From the IMG/VR virus record IMGVR_UViG_3300025159_000001: a DNA stretch of 64,000 nucleotides; one strand, written 5' to 3'. The position numbers and the translations under genes were made by a program. The notes under the pieces are model-generated. The model was not told the origin of the DNA, did no database searches, and was given only the letters and a program-made list of their open reading frames with translations. Below are positions 47,901 to 58,100 of this stretch, piece by piece. The DNA comes from an uncultured virus (IMG/VR IMGVR_UViG_3300025159_000001) (taxonomy: Duplodnaviria > Heunggongvirae > Uroviricota > Caudoviricetes). How positions within the stretch are numbered: the stretch's first letter is position 1; each line of letters opens with the position of its first letter.

Positions 47901-49395
47901 TGATAAAGAAATAGAAAATAAAGAACCAAAGTTAGCTAATGCCCAATTTACAATTTGGGATATGTATTATCCTCAGGGATATATGAGAAATCTTGGGGTA
48001 TGGTCTCCAGAGGAATATGATAAGTTAGATGAAAATCCAAAAACTTATCACAAGTTGGTAAAACAATGTAAATTTTATTATAAAAAAGATCCTATTGGTG
48101 GTACGATAATAAATAAACTCGTAGAATTAGGAATTACAGAATTAATTTTTGATAAGGGAAAACTAAGTGAAAATGAGTTTAGAGTTTTTGATGGGATGAG
48201 GAAGAAAATCAAAAAGTTTATAGAAGCCTGTGCTTTAGAATACTTACTTTCTGGTTTGGTTGTACCAGAGATTAAATATACAGCTACTCCTAAAACTGTA
48301 TTACAGAGACTAGGGATTAAAAAATATACCACATTAGCTTTACCTAATACTATGTGGTTACGTGATCCAGCAACTATGAAGATCAATTCCTCTATGGTTT
48401 TAGATGACCCATCTTACTATGTTATTTTACCAGAAGAATTGGTATTTTTTATCCAAAATAAAGGACAATATCCTGATGGTAATAAAGACCTGGATTTATA
48501 TCAAAAACTTTTACAAGAATATCCAGAATTTGTCAGTCTTGTTATACAGGGTAATAAAGAAGTATTGTTAGACAATCCTCTAGTAATTAGGAGAAAAGTT
48601 TTATCAGATTCTCCTTATCCAATTCCCTACCTAGCTGGTGCTGTAGAAGCTATGAGACATAAAAGAAATCTTAGAAGAATGGATTACTCTTTAGCTTCTA
48701 GAGTTATTACCGCTATTCAATTATTTAAATTGGGTAATGATGAATATCCGGTTACAGATCAAGGAGAATTTGATGCTTTAGAGGCACAAATAAAGAATAG
48801 AGGTATGGCAGGTAGAGATGTTGAAAGAATTTTCCAATTATTTGCTAACCATACTCTAGAGATAAGTTGGGTACTTCCTCCTGTAGATGTATTACTTGAT
48901 GATACTAAATACACGGCAGTTAATCAAGATATTTTCTTTTCTCTAGGTTTTCCTAGAATATTAACTACTGGAGAGACTGAACGTTCTAATTCATCTCAAC
49001 CAGAATTAGCTACAATGTCTCCAGTGAAAACTATGGAGAATATGCAAGAAGACCTTCTAGAAATTGTCGAAAATATTCTAGATAGCATAGCAGAATTGAA
49101 TGATTTTAGAGACAAGCCCACCTTCAGATTTGCTAGTATTAACTTGAGAGAATTTAAAGATTTTGCTGCTGCTATGAAAGATCTTTATGATACAGCTAAT
49201 ATCTCAAGAACTTCTTATGCTAAATTATTCGGCTATAATTGGGATGATGAAGTTACTTTACGTGCAGATGAAGATAAAAAGATGAAAGAATTAGAAGTTG
49301 GCGAATTTGCACCAAGACCTTTCTCTCCAAGTCCAACTAATAAAGAAGCTATCCCCACAGAAAAGCCTAAAGAACAAAACCCCCCAACTGAATAG
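47881..49395 (+). CDS. Portal protein (probable)
   Basis: ~500 aa immediately after the terminase; helical, with KLGND and LGFP patterns. Confidence 0.7.
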   Translation: MVVIMDNDKEIENKEPKLANAQFTIWDMYYPQGYMRNLGVWSPEEYDKLDENPKTYHKLVKQCKFYYKKDPIGGTIINKLVELGITELIFDKGKLSENEFRVFDGMRKKIKKFIEACALEYLLSGLVVPEIKYTATPKTVLQRLGIKKYTTLALPNTMWLRDPATMKINSSMVLDDPSYYVILPEELVFFIQNKGQYPDGNKDLDLYQKLLQEYPEFVSLVIQGNKEVLLDNPLVIRRKVLSDSPYPIPYLAGAVEAMRHKRNLRRMDYSLASRVITAIQLFKLGNDEYPVTDQGEFDALEAQIKNRGMAGRDVERIFQLFANHTLEISWVLPPVDVLLDDTKYTAVNQDIFFSLGFPRILTTGETERSNSSQPELATMSPVKTMENMQEDLLEIVENILDSIAELNDFRDKPTFRFASINLREFKDFAAAMKDLYDTANISRTSYAKLFGYNWDDEVTLRADEDKKMKELEVGEFAPRPFSPSPTNKEAIPTEKPKEQNPPTE

Positions 49396-49523
49396 TTACT
49401 TATATAAGTAAAACATAAGTAATTTGGCAAGTTTTTTTATATTTTTTATTAAAATAAGCAAAATTTGTTATAATATTAATGAATACGGTCTGTGGAAACC
49501 AAATTCCATTTAATGAGGTAGTA

Positions 49524-50531
49524 ATGACTGAAAATAAAAATTTTAATATAACTACCACTATAGAACTTCTAAGAGAAGATGAAAAACTAGAGGGGGAAGC
49601 ATATGCAGGGATTAGCCTAAACCCCTACTTTCAATGGGCTAAAATCGTTGTAACAGATGATATAGCAAATGCTAATAAACAGAGAGTACCAGTAGAAGAA
49701 TTTGATAACATTATAAAAACTGGCATGCTTTCTCCTGTTAAATTAGCCCCAGGAAAAATATCTGATGGGCATCCAGAAGCTTTAGGACATGCTATTGGTA
49801 CTATTGCCAATTTGGTAAAAGAATCTAATAGAATAATTGCCTTAGCTGCACTATGGAAGAAAGAACGTCCAGAAGATATAGAAATGCTTAAAGAGAAGTT
49901 TATAAAAGGACAACCTCCTAATACTTCTTGGGAACTATCCTACTCTGAATCAGAATTTGATAATGCAGGTGTAGAAACCCTTAAGGGCATCTCTCTTAAT
50001 GGTTTGGCAGTGGTAGCCATGCCAGCCTATACTGGAAGGACGGCTTTTGTAGCCATGTCTTCCAGAAATAGTGAGGAGATTGAAATGGAAAAAGAGTTAG
50101 AAGAATTGAAAACTAAAAATGGAGAGTTAGAAGCTGAACTTAAAACTTTGAAAGAAACTTTGAGTCAGAAAGATAAAGAGGCTTCAGATGCAAAAGCTGA
50201 ACTTGAAACTCTCCGAAAATTTAAGACAGATATTGAAGCCGAAAAAGCCGAAGCTGAAAAGTTGGCCTCTATAAAAAGTAAATTTATTGAGGCTGGTTTA
50301 GAGAAAGAGGATGCTTTCTTTGAGGAAAAGAAAGAAATGTTCTTGAAAATGGAAGATACCGCCGTTGATTTTATGGTGCAGGAATTAGTTGCTTTTTCTG
50401 CTGGTAAAGGTTCTGCCTCTGCCGGTTTAGAAAAGAAACCAAAAGTTCCTAATCTTACTTCTACTGGTAGTGACCCTCTTTCTCCTAAAGAGTTAGCAGA
50501 AGCTTTGAGGGAAATGAATAAAAAGAAATAA
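49524..50531 (+). CDS. Prohead protease / scaffold protein (probable)
   Basis: N-terminal NANKQ...H...SWEL...PAY protease-like domain and C-terminal coiled coil; start at 49524 follows a GAGGT RBS. Confidence 0.7.
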   Translation: MTENKNFNITTTIELLREDEKLEGEAYAGISLNPYFQWAKIVVTDDIANANKQRVPVEEFDNIIKTGMLSPVKLAPGKISDGHPEALGHAIGTIANLVKESNRIIALAALWKKERPEDIEMLKEKFIKGQPPNTSWELSYSESEFDNAGVETLKGISLNGLAVVAMPAYTGRTAFVAMSSRNSEEIEMEKELEELKTKNGELEAELKTLKETLSQKDKEASDAKAELETLRKFKTDIEAEKAEAEKLASIKSKFIEAGLEKEDAFFEEKKEMFLKMEDTAVDFMVQELVAFSAGKGSASAGLEKKPKVPNLTSTGSDPLSPKELAEALREMNKKK

Positions 50532-50551
50532 CCTTTGGAGGTTTAAAAATT

Positions 50552-51121
50552 ATGGAACTTAATCATTATGGAGATACAGTTCTAGGCGTTGTAGCAACGG
50601 AAGATATTGTTGAAGGTAGAATGGTGCTTTTAGCTCCACATTCCGCTAGTAGGAATTTTGGGAGTCAGGCCGATTTACCTGGTGTTAAATTACCCGATAC
50701 TTCCGATGAAGCTGCCAGAGCTAGATATATTACAAAATTTGAGCAGGATAATCGTAGCCTGCCTATTTATCAACCTCAGCCTGCATTTGATTTTGCACTT
50801 AGATATGGTTTCGACCAGGCTGAAAATGCCCCATTTAGTGCCGAAGTTTTTATTACCCATCCAGGTGTTCAAGAAGGTAGAACTATTCCCTCAGGCTCTG
50901 GTGCAGTAGTTTATGGTGAAGGAATTTACACCGTAGCTTCTGGTGCGTATGTTTATAGTGCGGATATTGAAAATGTGGGTGCACCTTTGACTGTTGCCGA
51001 TACTGCTAGCGATTCTGCTGGTGATGCGGGCAAGCCAAAGTATTCTACCAGCGGTGTTGTTGGTGAAGTGATTCGCTATGACTCAGAAACTGGCAGACTT
51101 ACATTCAAGATTTTGCATTAA
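50552..51121 (+). CDS. Head decoration / capsid-stabilising protein (probable)
   Basis: Lies between scaffold and major capsid protein; strong GGAGG RBS; Gly/Ala-rich. Confidence 0.55.
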   Translation: MELNHYGDTVLGVVATEDIVEGRMVLLAPHSASRNFGSQADLPGVKLPDTSDEAARARYITKFEQDNRSLPIYQPQPAFDFALRYGFDQAENAPFSAEVFITHPGVQEGRTIPSGSGAVVYGEGIYTVASGAYVYSADIENVGAPLTVADTASDSAGDAGKPKYSTSGVVGEVIRYDSETGRLTFKILH

Positions 51122-51138
51122 TTTGGAGGTAATATAAA

Positions 51139-52059
51139 ATGGCAGATGAATTGAAAGTAAACGAAGCAATTGCTTCCCTTATGAAAGATAAAAGTCAAAG
51201 AGATGCTTTTGCTGAAATGATTGTCGAATATGTGAAACCTAATCACATTACGGTTGATTTTATTAGCCTTCTACTTAATACTCGCAGCCTAAAGCCTGGA
51301 GATTCTCTAGTTAAAAAGCTCAGAAAAGGAATCGAAGTTCACACTTTAGTTCCTGGTTCTATCCACCTTGCACATGAAGTGACTTTGACAGATAGAGTTA
51401 ACTACATGCTAGATGGTTCTGATGTCAAAGTTACCTACAATGAGTGGGAACTTGAAGCCGGAGAAATTGGCACAGTTGATGAGATTAAGCAGGAGATGTT
51501 TGCAAAGCTTAGAGATCACTTTTATAATAAAGTCTTTACAGCTTTGACTACGGTCTGGACAGCAGTTAATACTCCAAATAACTTTACCAGTGTTGGTGGT
51601 GCTATTACTTCTACAGCGTTGGAAGATGCTATTGATAGAATTAATGAGACTACAGGTGGAGTTAAAGCTGTTGTAGGTACTAGAGCAGCCATGACTCCTA
51701 TCACCAAATTTGGTGCTTTTTGGAATGATGGTGGTGGCACTCCTACAGTTTGGGGAATTGATTCCCAATTGGAAGAGGTTGTGCGTAGAGGTATGCTTGG
51801 TAGATACTACGGTGCGCCTTTAATTGTTTTGGATCAGATTTACGATAACTTGGTGGATTTTGCACCTATGCTCCCCACAGACAAAATTCTTGTTATTGGT
51901 GAGAATGTTGGTGAGTTCATCACTTATGGTGAAGCTAAATCTAAGCAGTATGAAGATCCCCGTCCTACACCCCCACAATGGTTCTTAGAACTCTATCAGC
52001 AATACGCGCTGTTGATCTGGAACGCTATGGGTCTTTACGTAATTGGCGGCCTGAGCTAA
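51139..52059 (+). CDS. Major capsid protein (probable)
   Basis: 306 aa, strong GGAGGT RBS, gene order, GMLGRYYGAPL pattern typical of HK97-fold capsids. Confidence 0.75.
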   Translation: MADELKVNEAIASLMKDKSQRDAFAEMIVEYVKPNHITVDFISLLLNTRSLKPGDSLVKKLRKGIEVHTLVPGSIHLAHEVTLTDRVNYMLDGSDVKVTYNEWELEAGEIGTVDEIKQEMFAKLRDHFYNKVFTALTTVWTAVNTPNNFTSVGGAITSTALEDAIDRINETTGGVKAVVGTRAAMTPITKFGAFWNDGGGTPTVWGIDSQLEEVVRRGMLGRYYGAPLIVLDQIYDNLVDFAPMLPTDKILVIGENVGEFITYGEAKSKQYEDPRPTPPQWFLELYQQYALLIWNAMGLYVIGGLS

Positions 52060-52069
52060 AAAATTTAGT

Positions 52070-52612
52070 TTGGTTTTTACAAGGAGAAAAATAATGTTAC
52101 AAGGTACTTTAGATTCTAAAGTTTTTTCACTAATGCAAACGGGACAGCCCTATAAAAGATATATTAAAACAATACTAGGAAAAGTTTATGTAAATGTTTT
52201 AAATCCCTTTTCTGGCAAGCAAGAAGGTAGAATATTAGTTGGTAATCCAAGAAGAAAAGATGAAGACTGTGTTATAGAAATTTGGAGTGAGATGGAAGAT
52301 GCTTTCTTTAAAAGAACTAATAAGAAACACTTTGAAACTGGAAATATTAGAGAGTTTAGGGAAGCTATTAAAACTACAGAAGTAAAATCTCCGAATTTAC
52401 TAACAGAAGAAGAAGTTGATGAAATCCTCTCAATGAGTAATAGATTCTTGGCACTACAGAGTAAAGTAAACCAACTGACTACAATTGCACCAGTATCACG
52501 TCTTTTAGAAAGGGCTAAAGAATTGGATAAATCACAAAAGATAGTTTCTTTTCTAGAATCTAAACTAAGTGAAATCCAAGCTAAAGAATATAGTTCACCT
52601 GAGATTAAATAA
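52070..52612 (+). CDS. Hypothetical protein (likely start ~52093)
   Basis: ORF after the capsid gene; AAGGAG RBS before the internal ATG. Confidence 0.55.
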   Translation: MVFTRRKIMLQGTLDSKVFSLMQTGQPYKRYIKTILGKVYVNVLNPFSGKQEGRILVGNPRRKDEDCVIEIWSEMEDAFFKRTNKKHFETGNIREFREAIKTTEVKSPNLLTEEEVDEILSMSNRFLALQSKVNQLTTIAPVSRLLERAKELDKSQKIVSFLESKLSEIQAKEYSSPEIK

Positions 52613-52633
52613 AATTAATAGGAGAAAAAAAAT

Positions 52634-53230
52634 ATGGCCACAATTGCTTTTGAAGGCTTTATGGGGACTACCCCCGACTGGACTGACCTAGCTGCAAATA
52701 CTTTGGTATTTAGTAGCTCTTTAACCGATTTAACAGCACCTATTACTGTTGCTACATGGCAAGATGGTACACATGCAGGGTCTAATGATCCTGGTACGGA
52801 TCAATGTGGAGCTAATCATATGAACAATGTGAAATGGCTCACCTCTTCAACCATGAGTGTGAATGGTGCTGCTTCTGAAAATATTATTGACGCAAATCTG
52901 GCTGCTAATGAATGTTCTTTGAGAATTCATTTCAACCACTCTTCAGCAGTAGTAGTTACTGGCGTCTCAATTTATTGTTATGATGGTTCTACACCTGCTA
53001 ATCCTGGTGTTGAGGTTGATATGCAGGCATTTGAACGCGGAGTTTCTGCCTCAGCTTGGACAGTATTAAATAACTACAGTGGTTCTGTTGGTGGTACTGG
53101 TAGTGCCATGTCGCTTGCCAACTCTGGTTCAGCGACTGACCATTATTGGTACTTGGCACTTTCCATCAGTCCCGAGACTGTTGGTAGCAAAGCTTTAGTG
53201 GATTTAGGTGCTACATTAACATATAGTTAA
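52634..53230 (+). CDS. Virion structural protein (beta-rich)
   Basis: Ser/Thr/Ala-rich, strong RBS, structural block. Confidence 0.55.
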   Translation: MATIAFEGFMGTTPDWTDLAANTLVFSSSLTDLTAPITVATWQDGTHAGSNDPGTDQCGANHMNNVKWLTSSTMSVNGAASENIIDANLAANECSLRIHFNHSSAVVVTGVSIYCYDGSTPANPGVEVDMQAFERGVSASAWTVLNNYSGSVGGTGSAMSLANSGSATDHYWYLALSISPETVGSKALVDLGATLTYS

Positions 53231-53246
53231 TAAAAGGATAAAAAAA

Positions 53247-53627
53247 ATGGAATCAAGGCATGAAGGTTGGATTGCTAGTCTTAGCAATGGAGAAACTATA
53301 TTTGAACATGAGGCACAACAGGGAGAGATAAGTGCATGGCAACAATTGTTACGTTATCTAAAAGCAACAGGTACAAGAATTACAATGATCCGTCTACAAC
53401 ATGGCAGGGAAACAATTGTAGCAGTACCTAATGCTGATGGTTATGTACAATGTTATCAAATACACAAATCTGTTTTTACTGGTAGAGAACATCGTTTTCA
53501 TGGGATTGGTTCTGTGTTTGGTGATAAAGTTTTCATTACTTGGATGAACGCTATGGGAGAGGTTCTACAAGGAGTAGAACCATTAGAAAAATTCCATGTT
53601 CATTCAACAATGGACTGGCAAACATAG
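53247..53627 (+). CDS. Hypothetical protein
   Basis: 126-aa ORF. Confidence 0.6.
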   Translation: MESRHEGWIASLSNGETIFEHEAQQGEISAWQQLLRYLKATGTRITMIRLQHGRETIVAVPNADGYVQCYQIHKSVFTGREHRFHGIGSVFGDKVFITWMNAMGEVLQGVEPLEKFHVHSTMDWQT

Positions 53628-53647
53628 AATAAAAAACTTAAAGTAAG

Positions 53648-53750
53648 ACAATAAAATACCCCGCTCTTGCCGGATGGCATCCTGGGCAGGGTCATATCAG
53701 ATTTGATATGACTTTGTTTGGTTTCATTCGGTAGGTGCGGGGTTTTTGTT
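53648..53750 (+). ncRNA. ~100-nt G-U-rich rod-like RNA hairpin
   Basis: Nested helices ACCCCGC/GCGGGGT, CTTGCCGGATG/CATTCGGTAGG, CTGGGCAGG/TTTGTTTGG and GTCATATCA/TGATATGAC. Confidence 0.6.
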
Positions 53751-53766
53751 ATAGAGGAGTCTGATA

Positions 53767-55149
53767 ATGACAACTTATTATGTAGATTGGGAAAAAGCAG
53801 ACGACAGCGGCAATGGGCTAACACTTGCCACAGCTAAAAAGACATTAAATGGCGCAGAGGATATTCCGGTTGCCGCTGGGGATCATGTGTGGGTGCGTCC
53901 TGGAGTTTACCGAGAAACATTAACTGTAGATGTATCTGGTTCATCTGGCAACCCAATTACCTATCAGGGCGATGTGGCAGGACAGATATGGCATCCTGGA
54001 GGCGTAGTGCGGATAACGGGAAGTGATAACGATCAAACAGTTGTTAGAGAGTTAGGAATAGACGCAACGTCAAAAAGTTACAGGGTTTTTTCTGGTTTTC
54101 ATTTTGATGCAATTAATAGCCGGGCCATAAATGTTATTGGAAATGGAAATACTGGCTGGATTATTGAAGATATATCTATTACAAATACAAATTCTGGAAT
54201 TTTATTTTCAAACGAGTTATCAAATACAATCATAAGAAGGGCAATAATTTTGAGATTGAGCGGTGTAGGAATAAATTTCTTTACTTTATCAGCTCCAATC
54301 GAAACTACAGGTGTGGTTGTTGAAAATTGCATTATATCTTCTCACATATGGGAACCAGCAATAGAAATGGATAAAATTAGTGGAATACTTGTAAAGAATT
54401 GTTTTTTGTTTGGTTGTGATATAGGTTTGTTGATAGGAAATAATTTAGGTGAAGGGCAAAGCAACTTTATTTATAATTGTGTAATTGCCAAAACTGGAGC
54501 TGGATTATATGCACAGGTATTAGGAGAAATAGTAGAAGATTATAATGTATTGTATAACAATGATAATGATAGGATTAATGTTTCTACTGGCACAAATTCA
54601 ATATCTCATCAACTCCTTACAGAACCACAAATTTTATACCCAGGGCATCATATTGGGTATTCCACCGAATTACTTTCGCGAAATTCGTCTGTTGCCCGCC
54701 GCACTGATAACGGTGATGCCCCCACAGATGACTTTTATGGTATGACCCGCCCAGTCACTAATGGTAAACGCTCCTGGGGGCCAATTCAATTTACTGGTGC
54801 AGTAAGAGATACTACCATCACAGATGGCAGCGGCGCAAGCCTGAAATTGCCCGATGCTGGTGAGCAGTTCTTCATGCGCGTCCCCACCGCTGGAACTCAA
54901 ATGACAATAAGCCTGAAAGTCTACCGAGAAGTCGATTACGCCGGAACGCTCCCACAGCTTATCGTCAGACAGCCTGGGCAGGCTGATGAGACAGATACCG
55001 ATACTGGTAATGCGGAAGAATTTAATACCCTGAGTGTCACCATCTCGCCCGCAACCCTACCGCCCTGGATAGACGTTTTCATCAGATCCAATAATACGGC
55101 AAGCTCCGGCAATTTTTCTACATATTGGGATACTTTAACCGTATCTTAG
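53767..55149 (+). CDS. Right-handed parallel beta-helix (pectin-lyase-like) virion protein
   Basis: TYYVD...D.GNG, AGD.VWV.PG.Y.E, and repeated I..N..I / V.NC strands. Confidence 0.75.
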   Translation: MTTYYVDWEKADDSGNGLTLATAKKTLNGAEDIPVAAGDHVWVRPGVYRETLTVDVSGSSGNPITYQGDVAGQIWHPGGVVRITGSDNDQTVVRELGIDATSKSYRVFSGFHFDAINSRAINVIGNGNTGWIIEDISITNTNSGILFSNELSNTIIRRAIILRLSGVGINFFTLSAPIETTGVVVENCIISSHIWEPAIEMDKISGILVKNCFLFGCDIGLLIGNNLGEGQSNFIYNCVIAKTGAGLYAQVLGEIVEDYNVLYNNDNDRINVSTGTNSISHQLLTEPQILYPGHHIGYSTELLSRNSSVARRTDNGDAPTDDFYGMTRPVTNGKRSWGPIQFTGAVRDTTITDGSGASLKLPDAGEQFFMRVPTAGTQMTISLKVYREVDYAGTLPQLIVRQPGQADETDTDTGNAEEFNTLSVTISPATLPPWIDVFIRSNNTASSGNFSTYWDTLTVS

Positions 55150-55157
55150 GTTGATCT

Positions 55158-58100
55158 ATGCCTACTACTGGTGCACTTCTCCCGCAATCTGCGGTAACTG
55201 CCTCTGAAAGTCCCTGGTCTGATAATGACTGGGTAAATCCGAATAATATCTTTGGCGCGGGTGAGGCAGAGGTTACCGCCGCAACGTTCGATGCGGGCGA
55301 TCAAACCTTTGTCCTAAAAGCATACAACTTCAATTTCAGCTCCATTCCAGATGGAGCAACTATCCTGGGTGTGCGTTGTATTATCAATGCGCGCGAGGCT
55401 GTTGCCCCAGGGTTGATTGATCTGGTGCAATTATTAGACATTAACGGGGCGAAGGTTGGAACTAATCTAGCTGCTACACCGGTCGATTTGACCACCAGCG
55501 CAGCCGATTATACATTCGGTTCGTCAACTAATAAATGGGGTAATGAGCTAACGACAGCCTGGGTCAAGGATGCTGATTTTGGCGTTGCTATCGGTATGCT
55601 GGCAGGTGGAACGGGAAATAATAATGTCGATGTTTTTTGCGATTATGTAACTCTGGAGGTTTTCTATTCGATTGCGATAACAGACAATCAGCCCATTTAT
55701 ATAAAAGGCAAGTCGAGCATCACAGATAATCAACCAATATTTCTCAAGGGAAAAGATCAAAGCACAGACAATCAGCCCATTTATCTAGGCGGCAAATTAT
55801 CCATCTCAGATAACCAACCGATATTTCTGTCGGGCATAGCAACTATTTCGGATAATCAATCTATTTATAGCAAGGGCAGGGCAAATATAGTTGATAACCA
55901 GCCCATTTTTGTTGTTACAGAAGAAGTCCCTTATTCCCCTGTTGATACCGGCCTTTTAGATACCTGGATTACTAACCGTGTCTGGCCCGATATTGCTATC
56001 AAGACCGGAAGTACAGGAGATGTAGATACCTGGATCACCAATAGATTGTGGCCCGATATTTATGTGGTTGGCGAAGAGGCCATGCCCACGGCCAACCAGC
56101 CTATCTACCTCAAGGGAAAGGCCGCAATATCAGACAATCAGCCTGTTTATTTAGCAGGCGGGATTGTAGAGACTGATAACCAATCCGTATTTCTGAAGGG
56201 ACAGGCTGAGCAAACTGATAATCAACCAGTCTATTTGACCGGTCAAGACAGCCATACCGATAATCAACCCGTATATTTAGCGGGCTCTCTTGACATAACC
56301 GACAATCAACCCATTTACCTTGCCGGTAAAGCGGAACAATCGAATAACCAGCCTGTCTATTTATCCGGTAAGAATACCGAACAGGCTAACCAGGGAATTT
56401 ATCTATCCGGCAAGGCGAGCATTACAGATAACCAATCTATATATACCGCAGGCAAAGATACCGAAACCGATAACCAGCCCATCTATATTAGGGGGCAGGA
56501 CACCGAAGCCGCCAACCAGCCTATATTCTTGTCGGGCAAGGATTCTTCAACTAATAACCTGTCAATATTCCTGGCTGGCAAAGCCTCGCTCTCTGACACA
56601 CAGCCCATTTATTTATCGGGCAGCGCAGAGGCCACGAACAACCAGCCCGTATACCTGCAAGGGAAAAACTCGGAGAGCAATAACCAACCGATATTCCTGA
56701 CTGGCGTTGATACTCAAACTGACACACAGCACATCTATCTGGCAGGCTCGCTCGATATTACCGATAACCAGGCAATCTATTTAGCGGGTCGGGAAGAGCA
56801 ATCAAATAGCCAGCCCATATTTACGCGCGGCAAGCAAAGCGAGCAAAACAATCAACCCATATTCCTGGCGGGGAAAGATGAGGCAACAGCTAATCAGCCG
56901 ATCTACCTGGAGGGCGAATCGGCTGCGGTTGAAATCTCAGACAATCAGTCCATATATCTGAGGGGAAGCGCGGAGGAAAGCGCGTCTCAGGCGATCTACC
57001 TTTCCGGGCGGGCAGTCGAAACGGACAATCAACCCGCATTTCTCCAGGGTAAGGCAAGCATAACCGAGAACCAGGAAATCTACCTTGCTGGCAGTGTTCA
57101 GATTCAAAACAATCAGCTTATCTATCTTGCGGGCAAACAAACAACCAGCGCAGTACAGCCCGTTTTCCTGCAAGGCAAGTCTAGTATTACAGATAATCAG
57201 CCGGTTTATTTACTGGGGAAGGCTACAGAGCAAGCATCACAATCCATTTTCCTAAACGGGCAAGCCAGCCTCACGGATAGTCAAGAGATTTTCCTGGCCG
57301 GACGAAACACAGAGGCCAATAACCAGGCCATTTACCTCGCTGGCAAGGCCGAGATTCAAAATAACCAACCCGTCTATCTTGGCGGGCAAGAAAGTGAAAT
57401 CAATAATCAGTCTATATACCTTGCGGGGCAATCATCCCTCACAGAGACGCAGCCGGTTTATCTTGCGGGCAAGGATACCGAGACCAACAACCAGCCGATC
57501 TTCCTGCATGGTCAGGCAATAGAACAAGCTAACCAGCCAGTATTTCTGAACGCTGAAGACACGGCGATCAATAGCCAACCAATTTATTTGCATGGCAAGG
57601 CGAGTGAGGCGAATAACCAGCCAATCTTTATAATCGGTGAAAGCGCACTCTCCAATACCCAATCTATCTACCTCGCCGGTGTTGATACTCATACTGATGT
57701 TCAACCCATCTACTTGACTGGTGGCATTATAGTCACAGAAACGCAATCAGTTTATCTGGTTGGTAAAGCATCTGAGACTGACAATCAATCAATTTTCCTA
57801 TCTGGTAAAATTGAGCTATCCTTCAGTCAATCCATTTATCTAAATGGAAATGCTGAAATCTCCAATAACCGGGCTATTTATACAAGGGGTAAAGCAAGCA
57901 CATCCGATAGCCAAGATATTTATTTATCTGGTGGGATAATTGTCCAGAATAATCAAATAATATACTTAAAAGGTTCTGCTGAAATAATTGATAATCAAGT
58001 TATTTATACTTCCGGTAAGGATAGTATTGCAGATAATCAAACTTGTTATCTTAAAGGACAAAATGTACAAACGAATAATCAACCTATCTATTTGGTTGGG

